Origin: a bacterium
Lineage (GTDB): Bacteria; Patescibacteriota; Minisyncoccia; Phycocordibacterales; Zambryskibacteraceae
Assembly: GCA_030674415.1 (NCBI GenBank)
Contig: JAUSGP010000022.1
Location: forward strand, 1-33,751
Reading direction: 5' to 3'
Length of the DNA stretch: 33,751 bases
Position 1 is the first letter of the stretch, and each line of letters begins with the position of its first letter. Shown one piece after another: positions 1-6,475 of the stretch. The translations under genes and the position numbers were made by a program. The notes under the pieces are model-generated. The model was not told the DNA's origin. It ran no database searches and saw only the letters and a program-made list of their open reading frames with translations.

Positions 1-630
1 AAGCCCAGGAATGTCAGCTAGGATTAGACCATAAAAGCTTCCTAAGGATGGCTCAAGAGTGGTAAAGGGGAAGTCACCCACCTTCGACTTCGCTGAAGTC
101 AAAGCATTTAAAAGACTCGATTTGCCGGCATTCGGCAAGCCTATTAGACCAAGATCAACCAGGAGAAGAAGCTCAATTTTAAAGTCCGCCTCCTCTCCCT
201 CTACGCCCGGCGTCCATTCCTTGGGAGAGATGTTGGTCGAGCCCTTGAAATGTTCATTACCGAGTCCACCTCTTCCCCCCTTAAGTAAAAGCGTTCTCTC
301 TCCGTCTTCCAGAAGCTCGATGACATGACCTGTAGTAAGGTTTGTTAGCCTTGAACCAACTGGGAACTTGATCTCGATTTCCTTCCCCTCCGGACCCTGG
401 CGAGTATTCTTAGCTCCATCTTCCCCAGGTTCAGCTTCAAAAGACTTTACGGATTTGTAGGCCGAAAGAATACCGATATCACGCACAGCCAGAGCATAGA
501 CATCACCTCCCTTGCCTCCGTTACCTCCAGAGGGTCCACCAGAGTCCTTGCCCTTCTCCTGGAGCCAGCGCACCACCCCGTCTCCGCCCCTGCCAGCCTT
601 CAAATGTAGAGTTAGTTCATCTATAAACAT
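1..630 (-). CDS. obg: GTPase Obg/CgtA, first 210 codons (the 3' part of the gene lies beyond the left window edge)
   Basis: It is absent from the ORF track because it runs off the edge. The reverse complement of 1..630 reads without stops from the ATG (628-630): MFIDELTLHLKAGRGGDGVVRWLQEKGK..GGNGGKGGDVY..LKGGRGGLGNEHFKGSTN..GLIGLPNAGKSSLLNAL..FPFTTLEPSLG..LADIPGL. This gives a glycine-rich Obg-fold domain followed by the G1 (GxPNAGKS), G2 (FTT) and G3 (DIPG) GTPase motifs. The plus-strand ORFs 59..328 and 512..706 are its low-complexity shadows. Confidence 0.9.
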   Translation of the reverse strand, partial: MFIDELTLHLKAGRGGDGVVRWLQEKGKDSGGPSGGNGGKGGDVYALAVRDIGILSAYKSVKSFEAEPGEDGAKNTRQGPEGKEIEIKFPVGSRLTNLTTGHVIELLEDGERTLLLKGGRGGLGNEHFKGSTNISPKEWTPGVEGEEADFKIELLLLVDLGLIGLPNAGKSSLLNALTSAKSKVGDFPFTTLEPSLGSFYGLILADIPGL

Positions 631-637
631 ATATCCC

Positions 638-650
638 CTACTTTACCACA
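638..650 (-). promoter_or_regulatory. Putative extended -10 promoter of obg (TGTGGTAAAGTAG)
   Basis: The minus strand reads TGTGGTAAAGTAG-GGGATAT-ATG, matching the TRTGnTAnnnT extended -10 pattern. The same 13-mer, with one A/G difference, sits at the same 7-nt distance from the secA ATG (6220..6232). Confidence 0.3.
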
Positions 651-654
651 TCTT

Positions 655-695
655 CCCTTACATATTAATTCCACGACCGCTTAATTATTATGTAG
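655..695 (+). repeat. Direct repeat copy A (core TAATTCCACGACCGCTTAATTATTATGTAG at 666..695, preceded by CCCTTACAT at 655..663)
   Basis: The 30-nt core matches 1317..1346 at 29/30 positions (T/G at core position 17). The CCCTTACAT extension also recurs at 1302..1310. Copy A lies in the obg / PaaX-like divergent promoter region. Confidence 0.85.
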
Positions 696-701
696 ATAGG
701 T

Positions 702-707
702 TATAAT
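702..707 (+). promoter_or_regulatory. Putative -10 box (TATAAT) for the PaaX-like gene; the transcript is probably leaderless
   Basis: A perfect TATAAT is followed by 6 nt (GTAGTC) and then the ATG at 714. There is no Shine-Dalgarno sequence between them. Confidence 0.35.
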
Positions 708-713
708 GTAGTC

Positions 714-1283
714 ATGGGAAAATTGGAAGAAGAGAACAGAAAAATAGTCCGGCGGACAAAGTTGCAGGAAGCCATTCTTGTCACTATTGCCTCCAGCGGC
801 CGACGCGGCTCTTCTGCGCTAATTCCGGAAGTCTTAAATTCCCTACTCAAACTTGATATCCCCTCATCTGTTAGAAAAAGTGAGGTGGTACGGTCGACAG
901 CCAGTCGTCTGACCAAAAAAGGGCTGATTAAATTTGAAAACAAACACTACTCTCTGACAGAGGTGGGGGAAGAGATTTTGGAACACTGGCGGCGAGCAGA
1001 CTTCAGTATTAAGAAGCCACGGAAATGGGACAATAAGTGGCGCATTGTTATTTTCGACATCCCGGAAAGGAAGCGAACAGTGAGAGATGAGATTAGACAA
1101 ATTTTTATAGAAGCGGGATTTGTAAAGTTGCAAAATAGCGTCTGGGTATATCCCTATGACTGCGAGGATATCATTGGGCTCCTAAAGACTGATTACGGCG
1201 TAGGTAGAAACGTTCTTTATATAATTGCGGACCAGATCGAGAATGACAAGTACTTGCGTGATGAATTCGGGCTTTTACATTAA
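714..1283 (+). CDS. PaaX-like / Cas2-fold DNA-binding protein (N-terminal winged-helix domain, C-terminal Cas2-like ferredoxin-fold domain)
   Basis: 189-aa ORF. The C-terminal half carries WDNKWRIVIFDIPERKRTVRDEIRQIFIEAGFVKLQNSVWVYPYDCEDII. That is the beta-alpha-beta signature shared by the PaaX C-terminal domain and Cas2-like proteins. The N-terminal part (LTKKGLIKFENKHYSLTEVGEE) looks like a winged-helix recognition region. Confidence 0.6.
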   Translation: MGKLEEENRKIVRRTKLQEAILVTIASSGRRGSSALIPEVLNSLLKLDIPSSVRKSEVVRSTASRLTKKGLIKFENKHYSLTEVGEEILEHWRRADFSIKKPRKWDNKWRIVIFDIPERKRTVRDEIRQIFIEAGFVKLQNSVWVYPYDCEDIIGLLKTDYGVGRNVLYIIADQIENDKYLRDEFGLLH

Positions 1284-1301
1284 TTCTTCTTCCTCTGTTA
1301 C

Positions 1302-1346
1302 CCCTTACATACATTATAATTCCACGACCGCTGAATTATTATGTAG
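1302..1346 (+). repeat. Direct repeat copy B (core TAATTCCACGACCGCTGAATTATTATGTAG at 1317..1346, CCCTTACAT at 1302..1310)
   Basis: This is the second copy of the 655..695 element. It lies in the convergent gap between the PaaX-like gene (stop at 1283) and the MYG1-family gene (stop at 1379). The cores are 651 bp apart. Confidence 0.85.
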
Positions 1347-1378
1347 TGTTATTTTGAATGCGAAAAAATCTGGTACGG

Positions 1379-2245
1379 CTAGGAATTCAAAGCGATTTCC
1401 GCAAGCGCTATTGCGCCTTCTTTAGATTTGGCAGCGGCCATAAATAAAGCTCTGTGACAAAAAAGAGCATCCGATACTCCAGTCACTTTTTGTAATTCTT
1501 CATCTTTTAACCCCGCCCAACTTTCTGGTAAAGGTTTTCTCGAAACATAGGCATCATCCTGAATGGCGGACAAAGACCACTTACCATCTGGTCTTGGATG
1601 AATAGTGTAAAGCACTTCCAGTTTTTGTCTTAAAACATCCCCCCAACCAGCAAGGTCTTCTGTCATTACGACCAAGCGCTTGTCTCTACTTTCATTAAAA
1701 TAAGAGAGGACCTTGCTTTCATCATTTATTAGCTTTTTAGCGATAGATATTTCGCGCGCAAGAAGATCTTTAGCTATAACCACGGCATTCATAAAAGCTT
1801 TATAAAGATGCTCAGGATCACGAGACTCTACATATGAATTGAAGAAATCTACCAATCTGTACTGTCTAACTCCTTCAAATTTATCTACCGCAGTAACTAC
1901 TCCATTATCATTAGCGTCTATAGCCTGCACTAATTTTCTCTCAATAATCTCTGCTTCTTTTTCCCCTCCTGCAATTTTTTCCCCATATTCTTTCCAGACT
2001 AGCCCAAATGAAGCATAAGGAATACCATTTTCTCTGACCCCAGCCCCACTAGGCTGATGATGGTCAAATAGATGTTTAGCTGGATCATATTGCATTCCAG
2101 TATCGACAAGATAGTCGGCTGTAGCCTGAACTTCGGGATCTCTACTTCTTATCACTTCAGCCTCGCCTATAGCAAGAAGGAGAGTCGCTACCGCAAACAC
2201 ATCATCAGCATGAAATCTACTATCGTGTGTGACGATTTTTGTCAT
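1379..2245 (-). CDS. MYG1/UPF0160 family metal-dependent hydrolase
   Basis: 288 aa. The N-terminus MTKIVTHDSRFHADDVFA and the internal LFDHHQ motif are the hallmark His/Asp metal-binding motifs of the MYG1 (DHH-like) family. Confidence 0.75.
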   Translation of the reverse strand: MTKIVTHDSRFHADDVFAVATLLLAIGEAEVIRSRDPEVQATADYLVDTGMQYDPAKHLFDHHQPSGAGVRENGIPYASFGLVWKEYGEKIAGGEKEAEIIERKLVQAIDANDNGVVTAVDKFEGVRQYRLVDFFNSYVESRDPEHLYKAFMNAVVIAKDLLAREISIAKKLINDESKVLSYFNESRDKRLVVMTEDLAGWGDVLRQKLEVLYTIHPRPDGKWSLSAIQDDAYVSRKPLPESWAGLKDEELQKVTGVSDALFCHRALFMAAAKSKEGAIALAEIALNS

Positions 2246-2253
2246 CTGTATTA

Positions 2254-2784
2254 TTAACGTGACTGATAAATCTTATTTGACCAGGCGAGAAGTAAGATAA
2301 AAAGAGCGATGGTAAGCGACATGGTTGGTATGGTGATGTAGCCGAAGGCGTAGACGTAGATCTTCGAGCAAGCTCCACCAAGAGCCGTGCAGGGCAAGAT
2401 GGAGGTGCCACCCCAGTAGACATATGAATGATAGAGCGCGAGAATGCCAGCAAATGTAGCTAACGGCACAGCATAGCTGAAGACTCCTCTGTCGTGTTTT
2501 TTAAAGAACGCTACCGCGAACAAAACAATCATCGGGTAAAGAGCGATTCTCTGCCACCAGCACAGTACGCATGGCGGGAAGCCGATGATATTGGAATAGA
2601 AAAGACTGCCACCGACAGCCACGACGGCAACGAGAAGTCCTAAAGAGACAGCATTCTTACCCACCCAATGCGTAACCTCGCGTCCCCATGATTTCCGGAA
2701 AACAATGCTCAAGAATACGATCACAAGAACGATGTGCGATAACAAAACGGTAAATGGCAAAGCTTGGGCAAAAAGATTAGACAT
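2254..2784 (-). CDS. Disulfide bond formation protein B (BdbC-type DsbB)
   Basis: 176-aa polytopic membrane protein. PCVLCWWQRIALYP resembles B. subtilis BdbC (PCELCWYQRILMYP). A second Cys pair (LPCTALGGACS) lies in the second outer loop. Confidence 0.8.
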   Translation of the reverse strand: MSNLFAQALPFTVLLSHIVLVIVFLSIVFRKSWGREVTHWVGKNAVSLGLLVAVVAVGGSLFYSNIIGFPPCVLCWWQRIALYPMIVLFAVAFFKKHDRGVFSYAVPLATFAGILALYHSYVYWGGTSILPCTALGGACSKIYVYAFGYITIPTMSLTIALFILLLAWSNKIYQSR

Positions 2785-2785
2785 A

Positions 2786-3169
2786 TTATTCGGTCGCTAC
2801 CGGAATCTGGCAGCTGGTAAGCTCGCTTAATTTTTCAAGAGAGACTTCCCCGGAGAGAACCGTACCATCAGGAAACTTCCAAGTCGGATAGCCCGTCACG
2901 CCGGCATCCTTACAGATCGGCAACTGGCTATTACCATCGGGCGTCGAGCACTCGACATAAGGCAGGAGTTTGGCCGAGGAACCAAACATGGCCTTCTGAT
3001 TCTGGCAATGTGGACACCAGAAGGCCCCGTAGAATGTCGCTCCGCTATCCTTGATACAAGTGGCGAAGGAGTCAAGCTTACCTCTGCGACCGGGAGTTCT
3101 GACTAGCCACACCAATCCCCCCACAACCAACAGAGCGACCAAAAGCCAAACTAATTTCTTGATAGACAT
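2786..3169 (-). CDS. Membrane-anchored thioredoxin-like oxidoreductase (CPHC active site; VKOR-associated Trx-like type)
   Basis: 127 aa with an N-terminal signal anchor (LVWLLVALLVVGGLVWLV). It then reads GATFYGAFWCPHCQNQKAMFG..YVEC..C..AGVTGYPTW. This is the pattern of the Trx-like domain normally fused to bacterial VKOR homologues. The gene lies 1 nt upstream of dsbB. Confidence 0.75.
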   Translation of the reverse strand: MSIKKLVWLLVALLVVGGLVWLVRTPGRRGKLDSFATCIKDSGATFYGAFWCPHCQNQKAMFGSSAKLLPYVECSTPDGNSQLPICKDAGVTGYPTWKFPDGTVLSGEVSLEKLSELTSCQIPVATE

Positions 3170-3178
3170 GTTAATTAT

Positions 3179-3766
3179 TTATGGTGAGCCTGTCGAACCA
3201 TTATAAAGGAAAGAAAGCCAGCTGGACAGACTTTCGGTGCCGAGGCCCACAATGAGCAGTGTGAGTATCATGCGGATGGTGAAGCCGACGGTAGTTAAGA
3301 TGAGGTAAGGTAGGAAACGCATTCGTAACACTCCCGCCGCGATGTTGAGCGGTAAAGAAGGCAAGACGGGCAGACAGCGCAGAAGTAGGAAAACGAGTTC
3401 GTCGTACCAAGCGCCACTGAAGCGGGAATTGACCTTCTCCACGTCACTCCAGGAAAAGCGCAGATGTCTTCCCCACTTATGGATGGCCGGTTTGCCACCG
3501 ATATAGGAAATGAGATAGACGGGAATAGTACCCAGAGCGCTGCCGACCCCGACCGGTATGGCTACGAAGACGAAGAGCTTCGAGAAAAGAGCTGTGGAAA
3601 TAGAACCATCAAGAAAAACGAGTTGCCCCGACAAGACCACCGCGTATGGGAAGAGTCCTAAGAGCTCGTTTAGAAATGAGGAGAAGAAGAGAATGATGCT
3701 ATTGTCCAGATTCGGATTCAGCACCATATCCTGAACTACCTGCATGACGCTAAGAGCTGGCTCCAT
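3179..3766 (-). CDS. DedA / VTT-domain family membrane protein
   Basis: Polytopic protein with IGGKPAIHKWGRHL...FLLLRCLPVLPSLPLNIAAGVLRMRF, a DedA/TVP38-like signature. The start is uncertain. The track start at 3820 overlaps secA by 71 nt. The ATGs at 3766 and 3745 are the more plausible starts. Confidence 0.6.
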   Translation of the reverse strand: MEPALSVMQVVQDMVLNPNLDNSIILFFSSFLNELLGLFPYAVVLSGQLVFLDGSISTALFSKLFVFVAIPVGVGSALGTIPVYLISYIGGKPAIHKWGRHLRFSWSDVEKVNSRFSGAWYDELVFLLLRCLPVLPSLPLNIAAGVLRMRFLPYLILTTVGFTIRMILTLLIVGLGTESLSSWLSFLYNGSTGSP

Positions 3767-6212
3767 GGCATTTTTTGAACTTCTTACCGCTACCACACCA
3801 GCAAGGATCGTTTCTACCAATTTTTACCGAAGGCAAATACTTCGTGGAAAAAATGTCACGGACCGCGTCGGCGGGAGTGGAGCGTGCGTCTTCACCAGAA
3901 GACGATAGCGCGTTTTTTCCAGGAATATTTGCCGCAGTAAGAGCACTAACATCAAGCGCCACGATAAACTCTGCGATCTGGCGAGCGATGGAGGCTTCCA
4001 TGTCTCTGAAGAAGCGTAGGCCGTCCTTCTTGTATTCAATGAGCGGATCGCGCTGGCCGTAGGCACGCAAGTTAACCGAACCACGCAAATACTCCATCAT
4101 CTCCAAGTGATCCACCCAGAACATATCGACAGTCTGGAGGATAACTCTTTGTAAAACATTGACCACATCCTGGTTGTCAAAGGGTACCTTTGACAAGTCG
4201 GCACCTGTCTCAGTTAGATATTCCTGAATATCTTCTGCAGAACCCATCAGAATTTTTCGGCGTTTGCCGTAAATAATTCCGCGCTGGAAGTTAAGCACGT
4301 CGTCGAATTCGAGCACATGTTTCCTAGCGTCGAAGTTGAAGCCCTCTATCTTCTCCTGTGCTTTCTCGAGCGAATTGGTGATAAGTTTATTCTCGATCGG
4401 CTCATCTTCGGGAATGTTGAAGCGGCCCATCATCGATTTAATAGCATCAACGGCGAAAATTCTCATCAACGAATCCTCGAGCGAAACGAAGAACTCCGTC
4501 TCGCCCGGATCACCCTGGCGGCCAGCGCGGCCGCGCAACTGGTTGTCGATGCGACGCGCGTCGTGACGTTCGGTACCGAGAACGAAGAGACCACCCAAGG
4601 ACTTGACCTTCTCATATGCTTCAGGCGTCGAGGGATTACCGCCTAGCTTAATGTCGACGCCACGGCCGGCCATGTTGGTGGCGATAGTCACAGCACTCTC
4701 CTTGCCGGCCTGCGCAATGATTTCGCCTTCGCGCTCGTGGTTCTTGGCGTTGAGCACCTCGTGCTTAATGCCGTCATTTTTGAGATACGCGGACAAAAGC
4801 TCATTATGCTCAATTGAGACCGTACCGATGAGTACCGGCTGGCCCTTCTCGGTAAGCTCCTTGACCTTCTTGGCTGTTGCCTTCATCTTGCCGGCCAATG
4901 TTTGGAAGATTAAGTCACCATGATCAGCTCTTGCGACCGGACGATGGGTCGGGACGACATAAGTCTCCAAGCCGTAGACTTTATAAAATTCTTCTTTAGA
5001 AGTAAGCGCTGTGCCTGTCATACCAGATAAAAGACCGTACATACGGAAGTAATTCTGAAATGTGATGGACGCATAAGTCCGACTCTCGTCTTTGATCTTA
5101 ACCCCTTCTTTGGCCTCTATAGCTTGGTGCAAACCCTCTGACCATCGTCTACCGGGCTGTAGGCGGCCCGTGAAGGCATCAACGATGGTAATCTCATCAT
5201 CCTTGGCTACGTACTCCTTATCTTTATGATAGAGCGCCTTGGCCTTCACCGCGGTTTCTAGATGGTGAACATATCTCACTCCCCCTTCGGCATAAATGTT
5301 TTCAATACCAAGGAGCTTCTCGGCTTTTCCAATACCTGAATCTGTCAGAGAAACGGCGCGCAATTTCTCATCAACGGTAAAATCGGTACCATCTTCAAGA
5401 GATTGCACAATTTTAGCGAAGCGGGTGTAGAGTTCCCCAGCCTGACCGACATTACCAGAAATGATAAGCGGGGTGCGCGCCTCATCTATGAGAATAGAGT
5501 CTACTTCGTCAACGATGGCGTAGTGATAATCCCTTTGGGAAAGTTGTTCTTTATTATAGAGAAGATTATCGCGCAAGTAGTCGAAGCCGAATTCGTTGTT
5601 GGTGCCATAAGTAATGTCAGCTCGATAAACTTCCTGCTTGCTGGCCGGCCTTAAGAATTCGTGAACGACCTTGAAAGAGCCGAGTTCATCGCGCTCTTCA
5701 TCTTTATTCAAATGAGCCGGATCATAAAGATAAGATTGCGCGTGATTGAGTATACCTACTGTTAATCCCAGATAATCGTAAATCTGACCCATCCAGACAC
5801 CATCTCTTCGTGAGAGATAATCATTAACGGTCACTACGTGCACTCCTTTGCCTTCAAGCGCTTTTAAATACGCCGGTAGTGTCGCCACCAGAGTTTTACC
5901 TTCACCAGTCTTCATTTCCGCAATACCACCGTTGTAGAGAGCCAGTCCGCCAAGAAGCTGAACGTCGAAATGTCGTTGTCCAAGTGTACGCTTGGTCGCT
6001 TCGCGAACCGCGGCAAAAGCTTCTGGCAAAATATCGTCAAGCGATTCACCGGCAGAAAGTCGGTTTCTAAATTCCACAGTCTTATCTTTCAACTCTTCGG
6101 CGGAAAGTTTCTCAAAGTCGGGCTCGAGTACATTGATACGCTCAACAATAGGCCGCCAGCTAGACAGCTTTTTCTCTTCCGGAGAACCAAAAAGACTCTT
6201 AAATAAGGCCAT
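3750..6212 (-). CDS. secA: Preprotein translocase ATPase SecA
   Basis: 820 aa. It has DEAD-motor motifs (MKTGEGKTLVATLP, DEVDSILIDEARTPLIISG, TNMAGRGVDIKLGG). It also has the C-terminal zinc-binding tail CWCGSGKKFKKCHG. Confidence 0.97.
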   Translation of the reverse strand: MALFKSLFGSPEEKKLSSWRPIVERINVLEPDFEKLSAEELKDKTVEFRNRLSAGESLDDILPEAFAAVREATKRTLGQRHFDVQLLGGLALYNGGIAEMKTGEGKTLVATLPAYLKALEGKGVHVVTVNDYLSRRDGVWMGQIYDYLGLTVGILNHAQSYLYDPAHLNKDEERDELGSFKVVHEFLRPASKQEVYRADITYGTNNEFGFDYLRDNLLYNKEQLSQRDYHYAIVDEVDSILIDEARTPLIISGNVGQAGELYTRFAKIVQSLEDGTDFTVDEKLRAVSLTDSGIGKAEKLLGIENIYAEGGVRYVHHLETAVKAKALYHKDKEYVAKDDEITIVDAFTGRLQPGRRWSEGLHQAIEAKEGVKIKDESRTYASITFQNYFRMYGLLSGMTGTALTSKEEFYKVYGLETYVVPTHRPVARADHGDLIFQTLAGKMKATAKKVKELTEKGQPVLIGTVSIEHNELLSAYLKNDGIKHEVLNAKNHEREGEIIAQAGKESAVTIATNMAGRGVDIKLGGNPSTPEAYEKVKSLGGLFVLGTERHDARRIDNQLRGRAGRQGDPGETEFFVSLEDSLMRIFAVDAIKSMMGRFNIPEDEPIENKLITNSLEKAQEKIEGFNFDARKHVLEFDDVLNFQRGIIYGKRRKILMGSAEDIQEYLTETGADLSKVPFDNQDVVNVLQRVILQTVDMFWVDHLEMMEYLRGSVNLRAYGQRDPLIEYKKDGLRFFRDMEASIARQIAEFIVALDVSALTAANIPGKNALSSSGEDARSTPADAVRDIFSTKYLPSVKIGRNDPCWCGSGKKFKKCHGASS

Positions 6213-6219
6213 TTCCGCA

Positions 6220-6232
6220 CTATTTTACCACA
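6220..6232 (-). promoter_or_regulatory. Putative extended -10 promoter of secA (TGTGGTAAAATAG)
   Basis: The minus strand reads TGTGGTAAAATAG-TGCGGAA-ATG. The TAAAAT hexamer ends 9 nt before the ATG and there is no convincing Shine-Dalgarno sequence. It lies just downstream of the 6270..6298 terminator, so secA needs its own promoter here. Confidence 0.35.
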
Positions 6233-6269
6233 CTTCGACTCGCTAGGCTCGCTCAGTGTAAATACAAAG

Positions 6270-6298
6270 AAAAAGCACTCCTTGCGGGGGTGCTTTTT
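6270..6298 (-). terminator. Intrinsic terminator, potentially bidirectional (AAAAA-GCACTCC-TTGCG-GGGGTGC-TTTTT)
   Basis: A 7-bp stem (6275-6281 / 6287-6293, one G-U pair on the plus-strand RNA) with a 5-nt loop. It is flanked by an A-run and a T-run, so each strand sees a hairpin followed by a U-tract. It lies 15 nt downstream of the micro-ORF stop and upstream of the secA promoter. Confidence 0.6.
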
Positions 6299-6313
6299 CT
6301 TTGGGAACAAAGA

Positions 6314-6388
6314 CTATGCTCGCTTCTTTGAAGACTTTTTCTTCTTAGCTGCTGGCTTTCTCTTTGCTGCCTTCTTTTTCTTTGCCAT
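6314..6388 (-). CDS. Candidate 24-aa polybasic micro-protein (MAKKKKAAKRKPAAKKKKSSKKRA)
   Basis: The ATG is at 6388 and the TAG stop at 6314-6316. The intrinsic terminator follows directly. Thirteen of the 24 residues are Lys and two are Arg. No homology can be assessed by eye, and the stretch could simply be a purine-rich tract. Confidence 0.25.
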   Translation of the reverse strand: MAKKKKAAKRKPAAKKKKSSKKRA

Positions 6389-6394
6389 AATTTA

Positions 6395-6475
6395 TTAACC
6401 TACAACTTACAACCTACGACTTACAAAAATTCTTTGTATCCTGTTGTTGGTTGTTAGTAGTCGGTCGTTGGTTAG
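6395..6475. repeat. Imperfect inverted repeat made of degenerate tandem heptamers (C/A-rich arm 6395..6426, 17-nt spacer, G/T-rich arm 6444..6475)
   Basis: Left arm: TTAAC-CTACAAC-TTACAAC-CTACGAC-TTACAA. Right arm: TTGTTGGTTGTTAGTAGTCGGTCGTTGGTTAG. A hand alignment of arm 1 against the reverse complement of arm 2 gives about 25/32 pairs when G-U pairs are allowed on the plus-strand RNA. It gives about 21/32 Watson-Crick pairs. Confidence 0.6.

Noticed and set aside
59-706. Plus-strand ORFs 59..328 (89 aa) and 512..706 (64 aa) from the ORF track
   Set aside because: Their translations are low-complexity and Pro/Ser-rich. They lie antisense to a perfectly motif-bearing Obg GTPase frame on the minus strand (1..630), so they are shadow ORFs of a Gly-rich gene.
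655-1346. Possibility that the two 30-nt repeats plus the Cas2-fold gene form a minimal CRISPR locus
   Set aside because: There are only two copies, 651 bp apart. The sequence between them is a complete protein-coding gene. The repeats are extended by a further shared 9-mer with an indel. There are no cas1 or effector genes in the window.
3767-3820. Longer N-terminus (start at 3820) for the DedA-family ORF
   Set aside because: It would overlap the secA 3' end by 71 nt and add a non-hydrophobic extension that does not look homologous. The internal ATGs at 3766 or 3745 are more plausible, but the true start remains uncertain.
3775-6246. Numerous 60-110-aa plus-strand ORFs inside secA, and ORF 6089..6310 (-) spanning the secA start and the terminator
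   Set aside because: They are all antisense to, or out of frame with, an unambiguous SecA frame. Their translations are low-complexity, and 6089..6310 runs through an intrinsic terminator hairpin.
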